A DNA stretch of 64,000 bases from Sedimentisphaerales bacterium (GCA_963666285.1 OY762711.1), one strand, 5' to 3'. Numbered from the stretch's first letter, positions 28,498 through 38,946 are shown. The notes: a model not told the origin generated them from the letters alone. Numbers and translations: made by a program.

Positions 28498-31400
28498 TTA
28501 TCGGCATAGCCAGTAAGTGCTTAATATTCCAACGTCCTTGATGTCAATTATCTGGTCGTTATTGAAATCACCATTTTCCCATTCAGCATTATTGCTCAGC
28601 CAGTTTATGCTTAGGGTTGTTAGGTCTTCGTTGTTTATGCAGCCATCCATATTTGCATCACCTGGATCAACAAGATAGCCAAATGCAACTTCTAGAGGCT
28701 CAAGTTTTAGTAATGTGCTTGTTTCTTTAGGGTAGATGTTTAGGGTGTCAACAAAAACCTTTCTTTTTCCTTCATTGTCTTGTATGAAAAATGATTTTTG
28801 AGAATCAGATGTGTTTATTAATGTTACCAGATGTCTGGAATCTACTTTTCTGTTTGCATGGTGAATGTCAAAGGTGATTTCGTTACTTGCAGAATCTAAA
28901 AGCACTATGTCGGGGCCGCTTCCAATAGATAACATGGTTTGGTAAAGGCTGTTTTGTAAGGCAATTAAATCTGTATTTGCAAGGTTATAATAATCATTAT
29001 TATTAAATATGGTTGATCGTGTCTGGCAAAATTGATTGTAATATCCGATATTGCTGCCTATCCCAATCAGTTTAATAGAATTGCTGTTAGCAAAACTTAT
29101 CAGGCTGTTAAAAGTGTTGTCAGGGATATGGGTACAGCCGGGTAAGATCATGGTTTCAATATTTTTAATAATATTATATTCATTGTTGGCGAGTACCTGT
29201 TCTGTGATAACTGCAAGTGAGAATCCCAGTTCTTTTAACACGTCGTATGTGTTGAAAAGGATAGTGTCATAGTCTGGATTTCTTAATGCGGAAGTTTTTG
29301 AGTATAACAAGACAACTTTTTTGTTTTTTTCTCTTATTTGCACAAGTTCAGGCATAAGACGCATGAGATCCATGCCGGTTCTGGAGTATTCTTCCATCGC
29401 AAGGGGACGGTCGAGCCACATGCCGGTTTGGAAAGAGCTGTCAGTGTTATTGCCCCAGAGCCAGGCCGCCGAAGCGTCCAGGCCGGCAAGGGCCTGCAGC
29501 CAAAGGGCGGCTCTGGCATGGCCTGCAGCAACATCTTCATTGTTATTGTCACGAAGTATGTGGTTTTCTGAATTTATTACCGGCTTAGCAGTTATTGTTT
29601 TTTGAGTTACGACTGGTAATGTAGCACAGGCAGCAGAACCGAAAAGTGATATATCTTCGGTATTAACAGTATCCCATGGGGCAATACTACCATCCTGGCC
29701 GGCAATATCGGTTGTCCTGGGCATTAAGTCAATGTCACTTCCTTGTAAAACATGTTCCTGGGTATAATATCTGATAATCTGTTTGGTGTGGGTATAAATT
29801 GAATTATCGGCAGCTTTTACATGCCCTTGGAGCCAGTCTAGCCAGTTATTTACTCTATAATCATTGAATTTCATCCAGTCGTAAAGTTCCGGATCATCGG
29901 GGAAAGGAATTGAAGGTTGATGTTTGTACATTTTAACTGAATTCCAGTTTGAGTATGATGTTAACCATGCAGAATTCATTGCAGAAATAGTACCATATGT
30001 ATTTTTAAGATAATCAACCCACATGTCAGGGGTGGCATCATCGTCCCAGAACATAAATGCAGGTTCGTTGATCAGGCAGCAGGACCATATGCCTGGTTGT
30101 TCAGTTAATGCCTGTATAGTAAGTTGTGAAGTGTATCCAACTATTTTCTGAACTTCCGGGTGATTAAATTCATAATTGATAAATCCACCTAAAAGTGCGT
30201 AGTAATCAGGATATTTATCGATAAACCATGACTGAATCCAGTGTGGGCAAATATTTAGATCAGTGATAATTCCGGTATTATAGGCCTCGTTTATAGTGGA
30301 CATGTAATATGATATTACCCCAGAATCTAGAGAGCTTTCAAGTGGTGCTTCCGCGTTCCACATACTCTCATCTGGCATTGTATATCGTGGTCCGGTAAAT
30401 AAATGGATTAAGTTGGCTCCTAAGGCTTCACTTATAAATGACAAATCAGGCTGGATATCCTGTTGTTCTCCGCAGAAACCGTATAGGAATACAGGTCTGG
30501 TTTCTATAGTTCCGTTTGCCCATTGAACTTTTTGTTCCAGGTGAGAACCAATCATTTGCGGCATTTCGGTAGCGACACGTCGAGGTGAGTTTGTGCAGGC
30601 AATTTCATCTCTGGTGATAGCTTCCAGTCGTAAAATCTCATCGTCGATAATTTTATCCAGATATCTTGTTGCAAAAGCAGCTAATTCAGTTTTGCCATCT
30701 GATATCATTCTGCTTATAAGTGTTTGGAATTTTTGCGTTAGGCTGTTACGCATTATAGCGTAGGTATCTTGTTTTCCATATAAACTTGCTCTTGTATTAA
30801 GGTCATTCAGGAATCGACATTTGCGAGCCAGAGTTATATCTTTTTTCGGAATGTTTAGAAACATATCAGATGTAAGTGCTATTGAGGATATTTTAAGATT
30901 ATCTATGTCGCCAATGAAGTCACGCTCAGATTGCCATCCCGGTCCCTGGCCAATTACAAGGTCGTTTGCATGGTCTGTGTTGTCGTTATAATCGGATATA
31001 GCTCCTTGCCATTGTTTGTCTATATATAAGTCATATGTGTCGCTGTTGGCAGTGTGGGTGACGGCAACATGGTACCAATATCCATCGCTAATGTCTATAT
31101 TTGAAGTTATCTGTCGATTGGCAAGGGCGAAAGTAAGTTGACCGGTATAGTAATTCCAGTAAAACCCCCATCCTTTATTTGAACTATCAGCAGTTCCTTT
31201 GTGCATTATCCAGTTTAGTGGGCTTGAAGCGTAATTTTCATTATCGACTCTGATATAATATTCCAGAGTAAAATCTTCTCCATAGTCTAATGTGATGATA
31301 TCGGATTGTGGAATTGTTATGTAGTCGTCATCATCATCGGTAAATTGGATGTGCAGGTCGTTGCTGCTATCAGAACTGTATAGAGGGCCGTTATTGCTTA

Positions 31401-32292
31401 AATTAGCAGTGCCGGCAGTTATTTCGTTATTGTAGTTGCTTATTATCCACCCTACGTTGGATGGAACTGAGCCTGAGGTGCCAAAACCGTCAATGCCCTC
31501 ATTGAATTGCCAAAATGCAACAGTATTGGCGCCGAGAAATTCGTTTGCTTGAAGGGCAGTGTCAGATATTCTTATGTCATCAATACATCCAACAAAACAT
31601 CTTTGATTCGTCCAGCCATAACCGGCTCCAATTGTGAGAGGTTCATTTTTAACCGATCCTGAAGAATATTCAATAGAGGCTTCAGCAATATAATCAACAA
31701 ATAATGTATAGGTATTGGCATCAGCATCACGAACTATCGCAACATGATGCCATTCATTGTCCTCAAATGTGGTAGTACTTGAAATTGCCTGATCACGAAT
31801 TGAAAATTTGATTGTTTTTGAATCTCTATCGAAAGTGATATCCCACCCGCCCCAGGCGAGGAAAGATTTGCTGAAAACATATTCTGTTGAGCTGGAATCC
31901 CACCCGTCACCATTGCGGCATATAAAAAACTCCATCGTCTTTGGTTGTTCACCATACCATTGGAAGCTGTCGCTATTAAAAGTTGGCTGAACAGCATTCG
32001 TTCTGTTATCGGAACCGTCAACGCCAAAACAAAGTGATAGATTGCCTGGCGAATCAGACGAGGTGTTAGTGCAGTATAACGGTGACCCATTATTGGAGTT
32101 TGTAACAGTAAGGTGACATTCTAAAGCTCCTTTATCAATAATCCAGGCTTCGGTGGTGGGGGTTGTGCCGGTATTACCGTTATTATCGATACCTTCCTCA
32201 AAATCATAGTAACTTAAAATGTCTGCAAAGCCTGGAGTTGATAGTGCAAGTCCGATAGCGAAAGATAGTAAGAATGTTTTATTAATTGTCAT
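28498..32292 (-). CDS. 2xLamG + GH42-like hydrolase + dockerin
   Basis: Two LamG domains; catalytic region collinear with 26189..28444 (INEP, NSENH); duplicated Ca-loop dockerin GDANMDG../GDFNNDQ. Confidence 0.75.
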   Translation of the reverse strand: MTINKTFLLSFAIGLALSTPGFADILSYYDFEEGIDNNGNTGTTPTTEAWIIDKGALECHLTVTNSNNGSPLYCTNTSSDSPGNLSLCFGVDGSDNRTNAVQPTFNSDSFQWYGEQPKTMEFFICRNGDGWDSSSTEYVFSKSFLAWGGWDITFDRDSKTIKFSIRDQAISSTTTFEDNEWHHVAIVRDADANTYTLFVDYIAEASIEYSSGSVKNEPLTIGAGYGWTNQRCFVGCIDDIRISDTALQANEFLGANTVAFWQFNEGIDGFGTSGSVPSNVGWIISNYNNEITAGTANLSNNGPLYSSDSSNDLHIQFTDDDDDYITIPQSDIITLDYGEDFTLEYYIRVDNENYASSPLNWIMHKGTADSSNKGWGFYWNYYTGQLTFALANRQITSNIDISDGYWYHVAVTHTANSDTYDLYIDKQWQGAISDYNDNTDHANDLVIGQGPGWQSERDFIGDIDNLKISSIALTSDMFLNIPKKDITLARKCRFLNDLNTRASLYGKQDTYAIMRNSLTQKFQTLISRMISDGKTELAAFATRYLDKIIDDEILRLEAITRDEIACTNSPRRVATEMPQMIGSHLEQKVQWANGTIETRPVFLYGFCGEQQDIQPDLSFISEALGANLIHLFTGPRYTMPDESMWNAEAPLESSLDSGVISYYMSTINEAYNTGIITDLNICPHWIQSWFIDKYPDYYALLGGFINYEFNHPEVQKIVGYTSQLTIQALTEQPGIWSCCLINEPAFMFWDDDATPDMWVDYLKNTYGTISAMNSAWLTSYSNWNSVKMYKHQPSIPFPDDPELYDWMKFNDYRVNNWLDWLQGHVKAADNSIYTHTKQIIRYYTQEHVLQGSDIDLMPRTTDIAGQDGSIAPWDTVNTEDISLFGSAACATLPVVTQKTITAKPVINSENHILRDNNNEDVAAGHARAALWLQALAGLDASAAWLWGNNTDSSFQTGMWLDRPLAMEEYSRTGMDLMRLMPELVQIREKNKKVVLLYSKTSALRNPDYDTILFNTYDVLKELGFSLAVITEQVLANNEYNIIKNIETMILPGCTHIPDNTFNSLISFANSNSIKLIGIGSNIGYYNQFCQTRSTIFNNNDYYNLANTDLIALQNSLYQTMLSIGSGPDIVLLDSASNEITFDIHHANRKVDSRHLVTLINTSDSQKSFFIQDNEGKRKVFVDTLNIYPKETSTLLKLEPLEVAFGYLVDPGDANMDGCINNEDLTTLSINWLSNNAEWENGDFNNDQIIDIKDVGILSTYWLCR

Positions 32293-32410
32293 CCTGATTC
32301 CTTATATTCTACTTTTCTCTTTTGAAAATGCTTTTGAATTAAGAACCTGTGTGTGATGTTTTCAGGTTATAATATTCAGTATATCATTAATTATTATTAT
32401 TGTAAAGTAT

Positions 32411-32427
32411 AAAATACAACAAGTATA
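32411..32427. promoter_or_regulatory. candidate operator, copy 1
   Basis: AAAATACAACAAGTATA, 16/17 identical to 40247..40263. Confidence 0.55.
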
Positions 32428-32780
32428 ATTGTGTGTGTGTTTGGCCAGGTGTGATTCATTTTAAGTTTTTGAGTGAATTTGTTGTATTATTAGGTGTTAT
32501 GGCGTTTTAGGTTTAAGGCAGTTTTGAGTTATGTTTTGCATCTTTGCGATGCCACTGGTTGTTTGTAATCATTTTGTCATTATTTGTAAGATCTTTATTT
32601 GTAGCTGGTTAAGTGTTTTAAGGTGGATGAGTGTAGAATAATTATAAAGGATGGGAAACGCAATGCAGGAAAATTGTATGGTTGGAATATGCTAGAGTAA
32701 ATTTATTAAATGATACATATTGCAATATTTAGGTTAGTATTTTATTAGTGAAAAAAAATGTATTAATTGTGTATTTTTAC

Positions 32781-32809
32781 TTGACAACGTGTAATAATAG
32801 GTGTACACT
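32781..32809 (+). promoter_or_regulatory. sigma70-type promoter for the LamG operon
   Basis: TTGACA-N17-TACACT. Confidence 0.6.
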
Positions 32810-33060
32810 TGGTTATTGTCGAGTTGTAGTTATATTGAAAACTCGTTTTGGCATAAAATATTCATAAATTGCTTTTAATTTAGTTTGTTGATTCTTTGAA
32901 AATTTGCATTGTTGTGTCAGTGTTGTTTTTACATATTTATATTTAAGTAATGTCTATCACCAGGCCCCAGTTGTGTAATTGGGTGATTTAGTCTCTTGTA
33001 AGTTTCAAAAATGAAATTTGGTGGTATTATATTTATAATTTAATTTTATGGAGGGTTAGC

Positions 33061-34722
33061 ATGACACCAAGATATTTCTTTTTTTTATTATTATTGGTTA
33101 GTGTTGGCATGGTTAAGGCAGAAGTTATAAGTTATTATGACTTTGAAGAAGGAAGTGATGGTTTTGGAAAAGCAGGTTCTGCTCCTACGCTATCAGGTTG
33201 GGTTCTAGATTCCGGTACTGTTGAAAATAATTTAACCGTTATCAATTCGGTTAACGGGAGTCCTTATTATAGTACGAATGTTTCTGTTTATTCTACTGGT
33301 AATTTGTCACTCGGTTTTGGCCTGAATGGTTCTGATAACAGATCTAATGCTGTTCAGCCGGTTTTAAATGATGAAAGTTTTCAGTGGTATGGTGAGCAGT
33401 CAAAGACAATGGAGTTTTTCGTCTCACGTGCTGGAGATGGATGGGATGGGAGTGCTACTGAGTATGTTTTCAGCAAGTCTTTTCTCTCTTGGGGTGGATG
33501 GGATATTACCTTCAATAGAGAAACAAAAACTATAAAATTCTCAATACGAGATCAGGCAATGTCTAGTACCACTTCATTTGAGAATAATGAATGGCATCAT
33601 GTTGCCGTAGTTCGCGATGTAGATACTAATACATATACATTATATGTTGATTATATTGCAGAAGCTTCTATTGAATATTCTTCAGGTTCGGTTAAAAACG
33701 AGCCTCTTGCAATTGGAGCAGGATATGGATGGACTAGTGCACGTAGTTTTTATGGTGCGATTGATGATTTGCGTATTTCTGATGAGAGTTTAGATCCAAA
33801 TGCATTTTTAAGAGATACTGTATATAAAGCAAATGAGCCAGTTCCGCATGATGGCGTACTTTCCGTTAAAAGTGATGCGACGCTAACCTGGTCAGCAGGA
33901 GACTATGCAGTAAGTCATAAGGTATATTTAGGATTGAGCTATGATGCAGTAGATGCCGCAGATGAAAATTCCCCTGAATATAAGGGTGAATTTGATAGTA
34001 TGGAGTATACTTCGACTTTAGCAGTTGGTAAAACCTATTATTGGCGTGTTGATGAAGTTAACTCTGAGTATGCAGGCAGTCCCTGGAAAGGAGATGTGTG
34101 GTCGTTTACGGTTAAGGATTATATAGCAATTGATGATTTTGAACAATATAATGAAGAGAATCCACTAGATTCTATTTGGAGCTTTTCTATTCCTGATCCA
34201 AATAATTTACAGTCAGCTAATTTTGATAATGGTGCGACAATGCACTTCAGCGGCAATAATAGTATGATGTTTGTTTATGATCTTGGTAGTGAAACTGAAG
34301 TTGACTACGCTCAGTGTACTCCTGAGATTACAGATTGGACGCAATCAGAAGTTAAAGCGTTGACTTTTGTTGTACGTGGTGACGAGGCTGATATACAGTT
34401 TGGTGTTGAGATTTCTGATAGTGTAAATTCTTCTGCCGTTACCTTTGAAGGTGAAGACAAAGTATTTGGTGTTGGATGGAAAATTGTTAGTGTAGCCCTG
34501 GATGATTTTACAGGTGTTGATCTGGCAAATGTTCAATCGCTTAAGTTTTTCGTTGCAAATGGTATTGGAGCCGGAAAAGTTTATGTTGACCTTATCGTTA
34601 TAAACCAGTCTAGATGTACTGAAAATCCAGAATCCGATTTTAATGGCGATTGTGTTGTTGATATCGAAGATTTTATTCAGTTAATATCAGAAGATTGGGC
34701 ATCATCAGGTATGTGGCCGTAA
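33061..34722 (+). CDS. secreted LamG + beta-sandwich + CBM-like + dockerin-like protein
   Basis: WHHVAVVRD; YYWRVDEV...KGDVWSF; IDDFEQY; SDFNGDCVVDIEDF. Confidence 0.8.
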   Translation: MTPRYFFFLLLLVSVGMVKAEVISYYDFEEGSDGFGKAGSAPTLSGWVLDSGTVENNLTVINSVNGSPYYSTNVSVYSTGNLSLGFGLNGSDNRSNAVQPVLNDESFQWYGEQSKTMEFFVSRAGDGWDGSATEYVFSKSFLSWGGWDITFNRETKTIKFSIRDQAMSSTTSFENNEWHHVAVVRDVDTNTYTLYVDYIAEASIEYSSGSVKNEPLAIGAGYGWTSARSFYGAIDDLRISDESLDPNAFLRDTVYKANEPVPHDGVLSVKSDATLTWSAGDYAVSHKVYLGLSYDAVDAADENSPEYKGEFDSMEYTSTLAVGKTYYWRVDEVNSEYAGSPWKGDVWSFTVKDYIAIDDFEQYNEENPLDSIWSFSIPDPNNLQSANFDNGATMHFSGNNSMMFVYDLGSETEVDYAQCTPEITDWTQSEVKALTFVVRGDEADIQFGVEISDSVNSSAVTFEGEDKVFGVGWKIVSVALDDFTGVDLANVQSLKFFVANGIGAGKVYVDLIVINQSRCTENPESDFNGDCVVDIEDFIQLISEDWASSGMWP

Positions 34723-34788
34723 TCCATTATGTAATTTATTAAATTTAGTTATGAATAAAAATCAATCCTAAAATAATTGGAGGATAAA

Positions 34789-36432
34789 ATGATAAAAAAA
34801 ATCATATTTACATGTTTATTTCTGATGGCTGCAGGTGTTTATGCAGATACTATAGCATATATTTCATTTGAAGAAGGATCTGATGGTATGGGTTCGATTG
34901 GAGTATGTCCAGATATTGAACCTAATTATGTAGAGCCGGGATGGGTATTGAATCCGTATTCTGATGACAGCGGTTATCCGGTATTATCAGGGGATTTTCC
35001 GCAATATGTTGCTGATGTTTCAGAAGCTGCACCTGGAAATCTTGCAATGAGCTTTGGTGCATCACTCAACTGTGTTAAATTTGAAAATAGTTTGACTTTT
35101 GAATGGGAAGAGAATGCTTCTAAAACGATCGAATTTTTTCTTAAAAGAAATGGTGATGGCCCGGACCAGAGTTCGGCAGAGTTCATTTGTGTGAAAAATT
35201 TTCCTGATTATGGCTGGGGATTTAGTTTTGACAGAACCTCAGGATTGCTAAGATTTACTATTAAGGGCAATATGATTACCAGTACAACGGATTTTCGTGA
35301 TGGAGAATGGCATCATGTTGCAGTTACTCATGTAGCAAATTCAGCTCATTATGATTTATATGTTGATTATCGAAAAGAAGCAGAACTGAATGATTATTCT
35401 GGCGGTTCGATATCAGATGGAGATTTTTATCTTGGCTGTGGTTACGGTTGGACTTCGTATCGGGTGTTAAATGGTAGTATCGATGAGTTCAGGATATCAG
35501 ATGTAGCTTTGTCAACAGATGATTTTGTAATGGTTACCCAAGAAAAGGCATCGTTCCCAAATCCTAATACAGGTCGTTTGTTATCTTCTATGTTTGCTAC
35601 TCTTGAGTGGCAGCCTGGCGATCTTGCAATGTCTCATGATATATATTTTGGTACAGATCCTGATAATCTTGTATTTCAGGAAAATACTTATGAACTTAGC
35701 TGGCAATGTCCTCCGCTAGCCCCGTCTACTACTTATTACTGGAGAGTAGATGCAGTGGCATATGGTTTTCCGCAGAGTCCATGGGTTGGTGATGTATGGA
35801 CATTTTCAACTGTGGATTCTATATTGCTGGACGATTTTGAGGATTATGACGCAGAATCTGACCTTGATAAAGTCTGGAGCTTCTCTGAAAATGACCCTAA
35901 TACCAATGCCAATCTGCAGCATCCTGATCTGGTTGTTGATGGTGATGCAGTGTATTATGAAGGTAATAGAGGCATGAAGATAATTTATGATTTAGCTGTG
36001 GAGACAGAGGAGTCAACGGCAAGTTTTTCTCCAGAATATAAATACTGGTCTTCAGATGGAATAAAAGTATTGTCGATGTATGTTGCATTTGCACATGATA
36101 GTGTTGCCGATGTTAAGGTAACTTTGAATGATGGTGTAAATAGTTCTTCGTCAGTATATAGATATTCTGAATTGGGATGGAATGGTCAGTGGAATGAAGT
36201 TAATTTTGTGCTGTCGGATTTTGTCGGTATAGACCTAGGTAATATTGAACTTGTTACAGTTGCTGCCACGGGAGCTGTTGGTACCGGCAGGGTCTATATT
36301 GATGATCTTAAGCTAAATATATCCAGGTGTATGGCAGAGCTTAAAGGTGATCTGAACGGTGATTGTGCTGTTGATCTTAGTGATATTGCCAAGATGGCTT
36401 CAGAGTGGCAGGTTGATAATAATTGGCCTTAA
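34789..36432 (+). CDS. secreted LamG + beta-sandwich + CBM-like + dockerin-like protein (paralog of 33061..34722)
   Basis: GGAGG RBS; same architecture; GDLNGDCAVDLSD..W....WP. Confidence 0.8.
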   Translation: MIKKIIFTCLFLMAAGVYADTIAYISFEEGSDGMGSIGVCPDIEPNYVEPGWVLNPYSDDSGYPVLSGDFPQYVADVSEAAPGNLAMSFGASLNCVKFENSLTFEWEENASKTIEFFLKRNGDGPDQSSAEFICVKNFPDYGWGFSFDRTSGLLRFTIKGNMITSTTDFRDGEWHHVAVTHVANSAHYDLYVDYRKEAELNDYSGGSISDGDFYLGCGYGWTSYRVLNGSIDEFRISDVALSTDDFVMVTQEKASFPNPNTGRLLSSMFATLEWQPGDLAMSHDIYFGTDPDNLVFQENTYELSWQCPPLAPSTTYYWRVDAVAYGFPQSPWVGDVWTFSTVDSILLDDFEDYDAESDLDKVWSFSENDPNTNANLQHPDLVVDGDAVYYEGNRGMKIIYDLAVETEESTASFSPEYKYWSSDGIKVLSMYVAFAHDSVADVKVTLNDGVNSSSSVYRYSELGWNGQWNEVNFVLSDFVGIDLGNIELVTVAATGAVGTGRVYIDDLKLNISRCMAELKGDLNGDCAVDLSDIAKMASEWQVDNNWP

Positions 36433-36493
36433 TTCAAATTCAGAATATAGTATGTCTGATTTTATATTAATTTTTTGTTATTGGAGATAGGAT

Positions 36494-37315
36494 ATGAAAA
36501 GAGTGACTTTAATGTGTTTTGTGTTATGTGCTTTTGCTTTTGGTGCTAAAGGTGCAGTTATAGGTTATTATGACTTTGAAGAAGGTGCTGATGGTAGTGG
36601 GGCGGTTGGAGCTGCTCCTACTGATATCGGCTGGATTCTTGATTCTGGTAGTACCGGAAATAATCTAACAGTATCTAATTCTGTTAATGGCAGCCCTTAT
36701 TACAGTACAGATGTTTCAGTTTATTCTTCTGGAAGTCTGTCACTTGGCTTTGGTGTTGATGGTGCTGACAATAGAGCAAATGCTGTTCAGCCGGTAACTA
36801 ATAGTGATAGTTTTCAGTGGTATGGCGAAGAGTCAAAGACTATGGAGTTCTTCATTTCGCGTGCTGGTGATGGATGGGATTCCAGTTCAACTGAATATAT
36901 ATTTAGTAAGTCATTTCTTTCCTGGGGCGGATGGGATATTACCTTTGATAAAAATACTAAAAATATAAAATTCTCAATTCGTGATCAGTCTATTTCAAGT
37001 ACTACTACCTTCGAGGATGATGAATGGCATCATGTTGCGGTTGTTCGTGATGCTGATGCCAATACCTATACATTATTTGTTGATTATATTGCTGAAGCTT
37101 CAATTGAATATTCTTCAGGTTCGGTTAAGAGCGAACCTCTTGCAATAGGGGCAGGATACGGTTGGACTAATCAACGAGGTTTTATTGGTGCGATTGATGA
37201 TCTGAGAATTTCAGATGAGGCTCTCGTTCCTTCCGAGTTCCTTGTACCTGAACCAGGTACTATGGCTTTGCTTGGGATTGGCAGCCTGTTGTTTTACAGG
37301 CGGAAAAATATGTAG
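36494..37315 (+). CDS. LamG protein with PEP-CTERM sorting signal
   Basis: C-terminus VPEPGTMALLGIGSLLFYRRKNM. Confidence 0.9.
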   Translation: MKRVTLMCFVLCAFAFGAKGAVIGYYDFEEGADGSGAVGAAPTDIGWILDSGSTGNNLTVSNSVNGSPYYSTDVSVYSSGSLSLGFGVDGADNRANAVQPVTNSDSFQWYGEESKTMEFFISRAGDGWDSSSTEYIFSKSFLSWGGWDITFDKNTKNIKFSIRDQSISSTTTFEDDEWHHVAVVRDADANTYTLFVDYIAEASIEYSSGSVKSEPLAIGAGYGWTNQRGFIGAIDDLRISDEALVPSEFLVPEPGTMALLGIGSLLFYRRKNM

Positions 37316-37321
37316 TTGCTG

Positions 37322-37359
37322 AAAAAAGGCCCTGAGGAGACTTGGGGCCTTTTATTTTT
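37322..37359 (+). terminator. intrinsic terminator
   Basis: AAAAGGCCCTGAG-GAGA-CTTGGGGCCTTTTATTTTT. Confidence 0.85.
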
Positions 37360-37555
37360 ATAGGTTTATTTGTAAACATTTACAGTTTTAAGTTGCAATA
37401 AAGAAGCTCCCTTTGGTAAATTGCTTAAAGAGGGTTTTCTGCAACACCTTTCGCTTTTCACTATTCCTTTTTCACTTAATTGGTCCTGTTTTGGCCTTTA
37501 CGTGGAATGTTGAATTGTAAAAAGTGAGATACCGTATACTATGAGAGAGCTTATA

Positions 37556-38869
37556 ATGTTAAATATGAGATATTGTGCCGGCAATCGAATTAAACCAAAT
37601 TTTAGCCAGGTGCTTTTATTAGTGGTAATAGTTATGTCAACGCATGTTTTTGCAGAAAATATAGGCAGTGGGAAAAAACTAAAGTTTGATTTTGGAGCCT
37701 TAAAAGCGAATGAAGGATATATTCCAATTTCATGTGATATGTTTTATAATGAAGAACTTGGGTATGGATTTGAGCCTGGTTCCATTGTTGAACAGATTAG
37801 CCGTGTAGATGGTGATGGTATAAATAAAGATTTTATTACAAGTAACAGGCCATTTTTCTTTTCTGTAAAATTACCAGAAGGTAATTATAAACTTAAAATT
37901 GTGCTTGGTGATATGGAGAGGGAGACAAATACAACAGTAAAGGCTGAGTTGAGACGGGTGATGTTTGATAACGTAGCAACTAAGCCTGGAAAATTTGTTA
38001 CATGTGAGATAGTTGTTAATATCCGTACACCTGATTTGCCAGATGGGCAGCAGGTTAAATTGTTAGATCGTGAAAAAACAAATGAAGTTATTGCCTGGGA
38101 TGATAAGCTGACCTTGGAGTTTAATGGGAGCAGGCCATGTGTTTCTGCGCTGGAAATTGAACTTGTTGATGATATCCCTACCATATATATACTTGGAGAT
38201 TCGACAGTTTGTGACCAGCTCAACGAGCCATGGACCAGTTGGGGGCAGATGTTGACTAAATTTTTCAAGCCTGACATAGCTGTCGCGAATCATGCTGAAT
38301 CCGGTGAATCTGTTCGCAGTTCAATTGAGGCTAAGCGATTTGATAAAATATGGAGCTTGATAAAAAAAGGTGATTATCTTTTGATCCAGTATGGTCATAA
38401 TGATCAGAAATCAAAAGATGCGAACGCGTTAAGCGTCTACCGTGCAGATCTGTTAGATATTGTCAGAAAGACCAGGGAGTTGGGTGCTACGCCTGTGCTG
38501 ATAACAAGTGTTGAGCGGAAAGCAGGAGTGGCAAAAGATACTTTAGGTGAATATCCAGCTATTGTGAGAGATGTAGCTGAAAAAACTGAAACAGCTATGA
38601 TAGATTTGCATAAGAATAGTAAGGTGTTGTATAAGGCTTTAGGTGATGATATTGGAAAGGCTTTTCAAGATGGCACTCATCATAATGCTTATGGCAGTTG
38701 TCAGTTAGCACAATGTGTAGTGCAGGGGTTAATTGATAATAATCTTAAATTGAGCGTTAGCATAATTGATGATTTTGACGGCTATGACCCGGCAAAGCCA
38801 GATTCAGCGTATGCTTTTTTTGTGCCTGTAACTCCTAGAATTTCCTTTCAAAAACCATTAGGCAATTGA
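37556..38869 (+). CDS. rhamnogalacturonan-acetylesterase-like SGNH esterase (CE12)
   Basis: GDSTV, WGQ, NHAESGES, QYGHND, DGTH; N-terminal beta-domain; start uncertain (37541/37556/37565). Confidence 0.85.
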   Translation: MLNMRYCAGNRIKPNFSQVLLLVVIVMSTHVFAENIGSGKKLKFDFGALKANEGYIPISCDMFYNEELGYGFEPGSIVEQISRVDGDGINKDFITSNRPFFFSVKLPEGNYKLKIVLGDMERETNTTVKAELRRVMFDNVATKPGKFVTCEIVVNIRTPDLPDGQQVKLLDREKTNEVIAWDDKLTLEFNGSRPCVSALEIELVDDIPTIYILGDSTVCDQLNEPWTSWGQMLTKFFKPDIAVANHAESGESVRSSIEAKRFDKIWSLIKKGDYLLIQYGHNDQKSKDANALSVYRADLLDIVRKTRELGATPVLITSVERKAGVAKDTLGEYPAIVRDVAEKTETAMIDLHKNSKVLYKALGDDIGKAFQDGTHHNAYGSCQLAQCVVQGLIDNNLKLSVSIIDDFDGYDPAKPDSAYAFFVPVTPRISFQKPLGN

Positions 38870-38900
38870 AAAAAAGGCAAGGTAACTTGTTAAAGCTAAA

Positions 38901-38946
38901 AAGCCATATATTGTATTTGTTATTTTACGGATATGATATATGGCTT
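38901..38946. terminator. hairpin between convergent genes
   Basis: 20-bp stem AAGCCATATATTGTATTTGT / ACGGATATGATATATGGCTT with G-U pairs. Confidence 0.6.

Noticed and set aside
32430..33090. phase-variable tracts: short TG run at about 32430 and T8 in the 33061 signal peptide
   Set aside because: Too short to be distinctive in AT-rich DNA, and the reading frame is intact.
31540..37245. diversity-generating retroelement TR/VR pair among the LamG copies
   Set aside because: No reverse transcriptase is present, all copies are inside ORFs, and the differences are not confined to adenines.
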